A DNA stretch of 64,000 nt from Octopus sinensis (Eukaryota): the NCBI RefSeq assembly GCF_006345805.1, contig NW_021833429.1, positions 1 to 64,000 of the forward strand. Reading direction: 5' to 3'. The notes beneath the pieces were generated by a model that had not been told where the DNA came from, did not search any database, and was given only the letters and a program-made list of their open reading frames with translations. Each line of letters starts with the position of its first letter. Position 1 is the first letter of the stretch. Positions 53,831-64,000 of this stretch are shown here, one piece after another. The position numbers and the translations under genes were made by a program.

Positions 53831-54362
53831 ATTTTGTTGGTCACTATATCTATAGCTTTAGTTCCGTCGGTAAACGGTTGAATATGACTCGTAATTTTCA
53901 GAAATGACAGTAGAACCTTACGAAGGACTTATTTGAGCAATCACCTGAGGAGGCGCATTTTAACGTTAGATGGGTGATAATGATTTCACAACATCTCATA
54001 AATGCACAAGTGTAAAAACGTGTTGAAACAACTGTTGTGATTTTAAATAGACTGTCGTCCACTCCATTTCTACCTACCTTTATATATATATATTATATAT
54101 ATATATATATATAATATGTATATTATATATGTATATATGTATATGTATATATGTATATATGTATATGTATATATGTGTATGTATATATGTGTATATATAT
54201 ATATGTATATATATATGTATATATATATATATATTATATATATATTATATATATATATATAATATATATATTATATATAATATATATAATATATATAATA
54301 TATATAATAGAAATATTAAAATTACTAAGTCTCTCTAAAGGAGATTACGGCAGCGTTACTGG

Positions 54363-54489
54363 ATATTAATAGTTATCGCCATACTAATATGGCAGTCTAA
54401 ATATAAGACTAAAGCTGTGGCCTCTGGGAGCTAATCAGCGACAGCTTTAGTCTTATATTTAGACTGCCATATTAGTATGGCGATAACTA

Positions 54490-54496
<7 letters not shown>
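54363..54496. repeat. Perfect 56-bp inverted repeat with 22-nt spacer
   Basis: 54363-54418 is the exact reverse complement of 54441-54496. Confidence 0.95.
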
Positions 54497-54525
<29 letters not shown>

Positions 54526-54528
<3 letters not shown>

Positions 54529-55800
54529 GAGGGACGTTCAATAAGTAATGCCCCTGACACACTTCCCATAGCAGTAGAGCAACGAAACTTGGCACAGTTA
54601 TTGGTCTTGTTCTACATAAGAACCACCCAGAGTTACGCATTTCTCCCATCGTTTGATGCAGCTCTGGAGACCGTTTTTGTAGAAGACCCCAGCTTGGTCC
54701 TCCAACCACGACGTGACTTCAGAAATCAAGGCTGCATCATCTGGGAAATGCTTTCCTTTCAAAAACAACTTCATGGCTGGGAAGAGGTGAAAATCAGAGG
54801 GTGCAAGAGGAGGAGTTCATAGCTGCACGCCTGTGCTTCTGATCTGGCGACACGCGAGTTGTGGACCGGAGCGTTGTCCTGCAAGAGAAGGATGCCTTTG
54901 CTGATCTTGCCCCACCTCTTGATTTTGATAGCTTCTCTTAATTTCCTCAAAAGTGAAGCATAATGGCCTCCTGTAATTGTGGTACCCTTTGCCAGGAAAT
55001 CTGTCATCAGTACTCCGCCCTGGTCCCAGAAGACTGTGAGCATGACCTTGCCAGCGGAGGGCTTTACCCTTGCCTTCTTTGGAGGAGGTGAGTCACGGTG
55101 CTTCCACTGCATTGACTGGGCTTTGGTCTCTGGATCATAGTGATGGACCCAGGTTTCATCCTGTTTAATCAGTCTTTTGAAAAATTTTGACTCATCTTCT
55201 TGGCACATCTCCAAATTCATCCTCGAGCACTCGACGCGTTCTTGCTTCTGGAAAGGTGTGAGCAACCTGGGAATCCATCTGGCAGACACCTTTTGCATAT
55301 GCAAATGGTCATGAATGATAGTTTCCACAGACCCGGTACTAATCTTGACCTCATGGGCTATTTGGCGAATAGTTATGCGTCGATTTTCCAAAATGGCAGC
55401 CTCAACTTGACGGACAGATGCCTCATCAATGGCAGAAGCGGGACGACCAGATCTGGGAGCTGTTTCCACAGAGTTCCGACCATGTTTGAATTCATGATGC
55501 CAGCGTTTTACAAGGTCATATGATGGGGCATCATCACCATAAATTACTTTCATTTCATCAAAAGTCTCCCGTGGTGTGCGTCCTTTCAAATACAAAAACC
55601 GGATCACTGCTCGACACTCAACAGGCTCCATTTAACACTTGACTCAGTTCAAACACCTGTAAATCAGAAACCACAAATAGTTCAGAGCTGTAATTTGCCA
55701 CTTAATCTATAGAGATATAAATAATTGCACATGCAAAATTTCAGCTAGATCAAACAACTGCAAGTGGGTCACGGGCATTACTTATAGAACGTCCCTCGTG
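54526..55800 (-). mobile_element. Full-length mariner (DD34D-type) transposon, about 1.27 kb, in a TA microsatellite
   Basis: TIRs YACGAGGGACGTTC(T/A)ATAAGTAATGCCC.TGAC.CACTT at both ends, TA flanks, and a transposase inside. Confidence 0.95.
54598..55631 (-). pseudogene. Mariner transposase, frameshifted at about 54808
   Basis: ORF 55631-54771 has the HTH region, SGRP, WIPRLL, DETW and QDNAPVH motifs. After YELL the PHPPYSPD motif is missing, and LAPSDFHLFPAMK...RWEKCVTLGGSYVEQDQ* continues in another frame to the stop at 54598. Confidence 0.92.
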
Positions 55801-55820
55801 TATATATATATATATATAAA

Positions 55821-56659
55821 TATAAAACTCAACTTGTGTGGCAGTGTGTGTATCTGTGTGATATATATAAAACTCAACTTGTGTGTGTATCTGTGTGTGT
55901 GTCTGTGTGTTTAACTTCCCGGCACATCTCCTCCTAGCCAACAAATCGTAGAACCACAAAAAATGGGTCACTTAAAGTTTAGGCGAATGAAAATTGAACT
56001 GCGCTATTTCTGTTCCGAAATTCATCTCGCAAGTGCAAAAATCGTTTGTTTAGACCTTATGCCATGCATTGAATAGTGAACTTTACTCAGCTGTTTGATG
56101 TGAACTGTGTTCACCACGCGTACAAGTATGCGTAGATTGCATGAAAAATAAAAAATCAAGATATAAAAATGAATCGCCGTAAACATTGTAGAAATTCGGC
56201 AAAGAAATGAATTTTCGAGATGTAGCCTGGAGGGTTTTTTCGTATTAATCGTTTGGACTTTGAGAACACATACCAATTGTTTTCATAACATTTTTAACGC
56301 TTTGAATTAAATGTGACCATTTTGCGTTGAGTCTGCAGTTTGAATCACTTTAACCAAATTTTAGCAGGCCGGATTTTTGATCATCACGATACATCGCCAG
56401 CGACTCCCTGAAACTCTCCCCTGAAATACTGATCTAAAGGAATAATTCAACAATGCAATTATTTGATCAACAAAAATTTATGAAACGCTTCTACGTACTT
56501 GCTATTGAGGAAATGGAACACATAAGCGCAAAAATAGAGGGCATTAAATGATTGATTTTAAAACCAAAATAATTGAATTTTGATTGAACTTCATCCAAGT
56601 TTAGCTGAATTTGTGCGTGCATAGAACGCGCGAGCGCACGAGCCGGGCAATACTGCTAG
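55821..56659 (+). mobile_element. Non-autonomous Helitron-like element
   Basis: TATAAAACTCAACTTGTGTG start (duplicated), GC-rich subterminal sequence and GCCGGGCAATACTGCTAG-T 3' end (CTAG 56656-56659). No TIR or TSD. Confidence 0.6.
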
Positions 56660-56695
<36 letters not shown>

Positions 56696-56880
56696 ATACA
56701 CACACACATACATATATGTATATTGGTGAGAGTATTTCTCGTTTAGTGCCTTACTATTTAATACACTCACCGGTTCGATTTCGATTTCCACTCATTTACT
56801 TATTTGTTTTTTCTATAATTTACCTTGAGTCTTGCAACCTCTTCAATAGTCGTTAATTCAATCTGTTATCCAATACAGAA

Positions 56881-56923
<43 letters not shown>

Positions 56924-57540
56924 GAAGCTTACTTCACAACCGCATGGTGCCGGGTTCAGTCCCACTGCATGGTACATTGGGCATGTGTATTTTACTATAG
57001 CCTCTGGCCGACCAAATCTTTGAGTGAATTTATAGAGACGGAAACTGATTTAGGCACAATCCCAATAAATTACATGGAAGAGGCTCAACTGATTACGTTG
57101 GCCCCAGTATTGGACTAGTACTCTATTTTATTGACCCCAGAAGGGTAAAAGGTTAAGTTGACCACAGTGGGATTTGAACTAAGAATATACAGGGCAGGAA
57201 TGAATCGAATTCTGCAGGTAATTTTTTTTTCCGACGCTCTAACGACTCTGTTAATCGGACACGTACGTCTGCACAAATACGTGAACAGGTTTGCGTGCGT
57301 TCGCGTGTGTATTTGGGTATGGAAGAGTTGAGGAAGCAGTTTGAAGATTCAATTCATTGTCTGATTGTTACGCTTGATTGAATGTACGTGTCATAAAACT
57401 CTAATTAGGACTCCTAATAATTAATTAATTAACGTTGCTGTACAATTTACATAGCTATATTCAATTGTTTCTAAGTTTATGTAAACAATTAAAGTATTAC
57501 AAGCTAATATTGTCCCTGCCTTCAGAAAAGTGATTAATCG

Positions 57541-57582
57541 ATCTCTGATGAAGCGGTAATAATTACCGAAACTAGTTAAAAT
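57541..57582 (+). ncRNA. Minimal hammerhead motif with palindromic stem III and eroded stem I
   Basis: atct-CTGATGA-agc-GGTAA taa TTACC-GAAA-CTAG-TT-aaaat. The core is intact, ACTAGT is a palindrome and the triplet is GUU. There are three extra nt before stem II and stem I is mismatched. Confidence 0.55.
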
Positions 57583-58236
57583 GAAACCTTTTTAAAAACA
57601 TATTTGTTTATCCATGTAGTCAAAGTGTCACAGGGAATCTAAAACGTGCTCTTAAAATTAAAATTTACATTCTCAATTTAATTTGTATGTGTGTGTGTGT
57701 GTGTATGAGGGGGTGGTGCATAATTTGATACATGAAGATTTGAAAGCACAATGTGAACCAACAATAAGAGTACAACATCAAGTTGGAGCAGATTTTGGCT
57801 GCGATTCTATAAAAGCGAGAAATTCTTGCTTGCATTTAACTACGTAATTCCGCTTACATGTGTGCGGGCATATATATATATATATATACATGCATAATGC
57901 ATACATACATATAGATACATGTACACATACATACATACGCACACACATCCACTCATTGGTGTCTATTTGTCTAAATGTGTGTATTCGAATGAGCGTGTTT
58001 CTGTAGTTTCTTTTTCCTTTTTTGTGTTTTGTAAGGAACTGGCTATTCTTGTCTCTGGCAGACTATCAAACAAGACAAGCAACTTTATACACTCTTCCAT
58101 AGTCTAATCCTACTGCTAACAACTTCACCATCATCATCACTACTGCCTTTATATTTTGCCAAACCAAACCAAACCCAACCTTCATCACTCTCTCTCTCTC
58201 TCTCTCTCTGTCCCTCCCACGCTCTCTCTCGTTCTC

Positions 58237-58268
<32 letters not shown>

Positions 58269-58389
58269 CCTCTTTTTCATTTTTCTTTCGTCTTTGTTTT
58301 TTGTATACCTTCTATTATTGCATTTGTTTTGTTTTTCTTCTTCTCATGTTTAATCTTTTTGTTGTTATCATTTACATATCTCTATGAAG

Positions 58390-58437
<48 letters not shown>

Positions 58438-58916
58438 TCTGTATATGTATATGTATGTGTGTGTATGTGTTTACATACATACACATCTGTATCTATGTCT
58501 ATTTATCAGTCTTTTATATACTATTTATCAGGCTTCCTTCATACCTGTGTGTGTGTGTGAAATGCATGCATAGATTGTTTATATATAACGGACTAGAAAG
58601 AAAATCCCCAGTACTTAGAATATATATTCTCGCCTGCTCTATGTGACTCTCGTGACGAGTATTACCCAATGAAAAAGATGCATCAGTGTTTTATTGGTTT
58701 AAGATACGGTTTTCTGATGAGTTGAATAGTCACGAAACTTGGACATATAAGATATTATAATATATATATATATATTATATATATATATATATTGAAACAA
58801 CCACTCTTTCCTTCTCTGAGTGTCTTAGTAATACTTTGTATGTGCTATTTCCTAACGTTGTTGTTATTCTTGTCTTTTCCTGTTTTTTTTATTATAAATA
58901 AATAAATATATATATA

Positions 58917-59133
58917 TACGAGGGTGTGCTTTAAAAGTTTCTGGCTATGGGCAAAACAAATACAGGAGGATCAGTTAATTATGATATTATTCAAGATATT
59001 CTTCTCTCAGGTATTCACACATTTATTGCAGCGGGCTTTCAATTTTTTCTAAACCCTGTAGAAGAACTCAGACGGTTGGGCCTCCAGTCAGGCGATACCC
59101 TTAAAGCCATAAACTTTTCAGCACCCCCTCGTA
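58917..59133. mobile_element. Mariner-derived MITE
   Basis: TIRs TACGAGGGTGTGCTTTAAAAGTTTCTGGCT and AGCCATAAACTTTTCAGCACCCCCTCGTA, inside TA runs. Confidence 0.85.
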
Positions 59134-59854
59134 TATACATATATATATATATATATATAATAAATTGATAAATAAAGCATATGCATATATACATATATGT
59201 ACGTACCTACATCTACATGTATATACACATGCATAAATGGGTACAGGACACAAAGAAAAACGTCGAACACAATGAGAAATGAAAACATAAACACAAAACC
59301 AAGGAACTGGACATTTTTCTTAAACAACGAAAAAATAGAGTACAGGACAAATAACACAAGGAAATTTCCCCTTCTTCAGTCGCCATGGTTTCATCTACTC
59401 TGCGTTTCGAAGGTGAAGGCGATACGCATTTCCGATAGAATCTTTCCTTCCCGCGAAAAGCAAATTAAGTAAAATTTGAGATCTTTTTGCGGAGGGATAA
59501 AAATTGTAACAAACACAGGACAGTAACGACAGTACAAAATATAAACAGTAAAAGACAGGACAAGGAGAATAACAAGACAAGAAGGGCTGTTAAGCCGAAC
59601 GAGATAAAGTATTACGAACGCTATTTTTGAGAACGGCGAAGGAGTAACAGAAAATGCCGTCTACACTTTAAGGAAACCAGGTCAAAAAGACAGTAGCAGA
59701 GCTCTCGTCGCAGGTCAACGACGGGAGGGAGGAGGAGGAGCAAGAGAAAGGGGGAGAAAAAGGGAATGGTTGTGAGGAAACCAGAAAGAATGAAGAATGA
59801 GAGGGAGAGGGAGAGACAGTAAGGTAGAAGAAAAGGAAACCAGAAAGAATGATA

Positions 59855-60020
59855 TATACGACGGACTTCTTTCAGTTTCCGTCTACCAAATCCACTCACA
59901 AGGCTTTGGTCAGTCCGAGGTTATGGTAGAAGACACTTCCCCAAGATACCACGCAGTGGGATTGAATCCAGAACCATGTGGCTGGGAAGCAAGCAACTTA
60001 CCACAAAGCCACACCTGCGC
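59855..60020 (-). mobile_element. Family A SINE 5' half
   Basis: TTCTTTCAGTTTCCGTCTACCAAATCCACTCACAAGGCTTTGG through GCCACACCTGCGCC. Confidence 0.85.
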
Positions 60021-60675
60021 CTCACGGCCACACAGTTATTCGTGTATATGTGAAGAGCGACATTTAAATTTCTTAAAATGTTTCTCTTCACCATTTCTTG
60101 CAACCATTGTTGTTGCTGCCATTTTTCTTTCTCTCTTTTTCTTCTTCTCTCTCTTTCCTTTCAGACTTTTCCCACCTTTCCCCTCTCCTCTCACTTCTCC
60201 CCACTCTTTCTTCTCACTCCCCTGCTATCTCTTTTCTCTGTTTGTTTTTGTGTCTTTTTTCTTAATTTCCTTCCTTTCCTTTTACAGCTGTTTTATTATG
60301 TTTTTTATAATTTTTTTGAAAAACTTTCTTTTTTTTCATTTCTTCCGCCCTGCTTGTTTTTTTATTCTTGTTTTGTTCGTTATTTTCCAATCATTTTTCT
60401 CTTTTCTCTCTCTCTCTCTCTCTCTCTCTCAATATACCTTCCTTTGACCACCACTCTCTCTGAGCAATGCAGTTTCCTTCAGACAATCTTTACTACTACT
60501 ACCACTACCGCCACCATTACCTAACACACCTGCTCCTCCCCCTCTCCTCATCTTCTTCTCCTTCATATAGAAGAATTTCACTTCCTGTCCATTCAAACCT
60601 TCTTTCCCTCCTCCTCTTCCTCCTCACCTTCGCTCTCTCTTACTGGAAGACCTTTCTTGCTTTACTCTCTCACAA

Positions 60676-60716
<41 letters not shown>

Positions 60717-60896
60717 GACACACACACACAATCTTATATACACTCGCGCACATATAGGCACACACACCATTCTTTTCCATTCTCTTTCTCTCGCTCACCC
60801 ATTATTTCTCTCTCTGTCCTTATCTCTTTCTCTCTCTCTCTCTCTCTCGTTATCTCTCTTTTTCTCTCCGTCTCTTTTTCCACACTCTATTTTCCT

Positions 60897-60940
<44 letters not shown>

Positions 60941-61278
60941 CTTCACCACCTCCGATATCTTCATATTATCCCTCTATGCTCACCCCACTTCCTTTCTATC
61001 CCCTTCTGTTACATCACTCTCTCCATTTCCTATTTACCTTGCTAATCCTGCACCACGTGACCACAGCACCACCACTACCGCCGCCCCAAGAACCCGTTCA
61101 CCAGTTTCAGGGACACTGCCGTCTTCCTTCCCCTAACAACACCACTCGCGCTAGCTCCGAAGCTGCAATCACTGCTACCCCCTGGCCCCTTCAGACATCA
61201 TCACCATCTTCACCATCAGCCACAACATATCAACACCACTAATACTACTACTACCACTACCCGGAATAACGACCACCC

Positions 61279-61895
61279 GTGGTCGATCAACTTACTAGAC
61301 ATAGCAGTCAAGTGTCCTTCCACTCACACCCTATTATCTTAGGGTTTGACAAAGTTGGATATCGGTTCGAGGATATGTGCAAATAGAAAAAAACTGGAAT
61401 GGTCACGGCTAGAACGCTTTTGGTCATGGGTCTGCTTGATCAAGGCTTATTTAAGGTTGAACAATGGTATCACCAACGAGGAAGGAATCTCTGCCTGGTT
61501 GATCGACCTGCTAAAAATAGCAACAAATCTCATCACATCTTGTAGTATGGAATAAGGAAAAGGAACGTCAGATTATGCAGTCTACTGGAAAGAAAAAAAG
61601 ATGGTAATGGTTGGAACGCCTTTCATCAAAGGCATGCCTATCAGGGATGGCCTAGGGCTAAACAACATCAACAACGTTGAAGGTACCTCTACTGAGTTGC
61701 TCGACCTGCTAAAAATAACAGCCAAATTTCCCTCTTATCTCATCCTACTGTATTATTAGGGAAAGGACGCGTTAGATAATGTATTCCTCGATGGGTTTAG
61801 TATGTCTACTAAAAAGAAGAAAAGAAAACGACGGAATGGTCATGCTAAGAATGTCTTTGATTATGGGCTGACCAAGGGCTAAGCATCCACAACAA
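61279..61895 (+). repeat. Three tandem family C units (period about 200-215 bp); two more at 63280-63670
   Basis: Units start at about 61279, 61495 and 61694 with (G)ATCGACCTGCTA.AAATAGCA and end with GG.CTAA.CA(A)C. Confidence 0.75.
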
Positions 61896-61939
61896 GCACT
61901 ACCCTCACAACAGCACTAATGTTACTAACACAGAAACAG

Positions 61940-62335
61940 TATCACCACTACTACCACCACCACTATTACCACCACCACTACTACCAGCACCAGCACCACC
62001 ACAACTATCACTACCACCATCACTACAACCACCACCATCACCACCACAACCATCACCACCACAACAACCACCACAACTACCACCACCACTACCACCACCA
62101 TAACTACCACTACCACCACCACAACTACCACCACAACTACCACTACCACCACCATAACTATCACCACCATAACTATCACCACCACCACTACCACCACCAC
62201 CACTACCACCACCACAACTATCACCACCACCACCACTACCACCACCATAACTACCACCACAACTACCATCATCCCCACCACAACCGCCACCACCACCACA
62301 ACTACCACCTCCACCACAACCACCACCACCACTTG
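61940..62335 (+). repeat. Compound (CAC/TAC/AAC)n trinucleotide repeat
   Basis: Direct reading. This repeat is the source of the His-rich and Val-rich ORFs. Confidence 0.9.
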
Positions 62336-62504
62336 GTGTTCACGGTACTACACAGCTCATACTACTTATACTACTACCTTTACTGTAGCTACAATCTCGC
62401 ATGTAATAATCTTTACTGCAACGAAATATCGCTTCGACCGACCTCAAAACCCACAATCGCCACACCCCCCCCATTCCCCCCAGACCACCCCACCACACTA
62501 CCCA

Positions 62505-63280
62505 CAAAAACCGATGATAGAATAAGTACCTTTTTAAAAAATGAAAAAGTATTTTGACCATTCGACTAACAATTCTTCAAAATCGGTGCCCAGCATGCGC
62601 GGCCTAATAAACAGAAACAAATGAAAGACAGAACATAAAAGATGGAGATGAAAGCTTTTATGTTCTGTCTTTCATTTGTCTGTTATTAGGCCGCGGCCAT
62701 GCTGGAGCACCGATTTTGAAGAATTTTAGTCGAATGGAATCAAAATACTTTATTTCATTTTTTAAAAACCTGGTACTTATTCTATCAGTCGCTTTTTGCC
62801 GAAATTCTAAGTTACAGGGACGTAAACACACCAACACCGGTTGTCAAATGGTGGTCACACACACACACACACACACACACACGCATACACATTTCATTGT
62901 TTTACTTGTTTCAGTCATTTGACTGCGGCCATGCTGGAGCACCACATTGAAAGGGTTTTAGTCGAACAAATTGACCCCAGAGCTTATTTTGTTAAGCCTA
63001 GTACTTATTCTATCGGTATTTTTTTGGTGAACCGTTAAGTCACGGGGACATAAACACATCAAAACCGGTTGTCAAGCGGTGATGAGGTGATAAACACACA
63101 CACACACATAGATATATACATATGAAGGGCTTCTTTCAGTTTCCATCAACCAAATTCCATCTACAAGGCTTCATTCAGCCCAAGGCTATAATAAAAGACA
63201 CTTGCCCAAAGTGTCACACACTGGAACTGAATCCGGAACCATGTGGTTGGAAAACAAGCTCCTTGCCACACAGCCACGAT
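62505..63280. mobile_element. Family A SINE cluster including a fold-back duplicated tail (62505-62798) and a full reverse copy (62898-63280)
   Basis: Inverted arms around the spacer 62642-62654, plus standard reverse tail and head motifs. Confidence 0.85.
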
Positions 63281-63787
63281 TCAACGATCTTCGAGAAATA
63301 GCAGCCAAATCTTCCTCGAATGATGTGCCATTGTCTTCGAGAAGAGCATACTGGATAATGTGGCAGTATTACTAATTGTCTGCACAAGAAAATCTCGAGA
63401 TGGTCATGGTTGAAAATGTCTTTCATTTTCGCTCTGTTCAGTCAAGGCTGACCTGGGGCTAAAACAACAAGCCGGCAGTTCATAGAGTCGTCCGATATAC
63501 TGGAAATAGCAGCTAGATCGCCCTGTTTTCAAATACTACTAACATTGTCTGAGAAACGTAAATAACGTGTTCTTGGGTCCACTGCACATAGGAATATGAT
63601 GGGATGGGCACGGTAGGAATTTTTTTCGTTATGAGTTGACTCGATCAGACCTGACCCGGGGCTAAATAACAACAACACCAACCAAAACTACTTTACAACA
63701 ACACCACCACCACCACCACCATCGCCACTACTACTGCTGCTGCTACTACTACTACTACTACTACTATTACTACTACTATTACTACTG

Positions 63788-63831
<44 letters not shown>

Positions 63832-64000
63832 GCCGCTGCTGCTGCTACGCACCAAGACTACCTCATAAGATCACTCCACGCCATCACCATTTTCAGCCGC
63901 ACAAACTATGTCCTATACCACCACCATCACGTGACCATAACTACGAGAAACGGAACCACTTCCATCGTCACATCACCACCACCACCACCACCATTTGCGA

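Noticed and set aside
58714-58760. Hammerhead core as an active ribozyme (likewise 42231-42253)
   Set aside because: Core and stem II are present, but stem I and/or the NUH junction cannot be formed. Counted only as decayed relics.
61919-62557. 212-aa His/Tyr/Asn-rich ORF resembling a metal-binding or beak protein
   Set aside because: It is a compound trinucleotide repeat running into a SINE tail, with no signal peptide, and the opposite strand is equally open.

Overview
Eukaryotic, AT-rich, microsatellite-saturated non-coding DNA. The SINE repertoire points to a coleoid cephalopod, most likely Octopus (inference from recognising the repeats, not from a search). I found no convincing host protein-coding exon, and nearly all listed ORFs are microsatellite translations. 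Supported content: (1) a full-length mariner element (54526-55800) whose transposase is frameshifted by a small deletion of the YSPD motif; (2) other Tc1/mariner, pogo-like, hAT-like and Merlin-like MITEs or relics; (3) Helitron-like elements; (4) RTE and CR1/L2-type LINE 3' fragments; (5) dozens of tRNA-derived SINEs, some in head-to-tail arrays; (6) local tandem and fold-back duplications; (7) two CpG- and motif-rich, promoter-like islands. The most interesting signal is a set of short non-coding elements, often in TA/CA microsatellites, that carry minimal type I hammerhead ribozyme motifs. These are a canonical core at 4024-4067, a tandem A6U-variant pair 203 nt apart at 8003-8243, and weaker copies at 21.1, 28.5, 42.2, 57.5 and 58.7 kb. 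They resemble Penelope-associated or retrozyme-like units. In addition, the LINE 3' end and the dominant SINE tail show hammerhead-like geometry with a non-canonical core. Self-cleavage is predicted from structure only.
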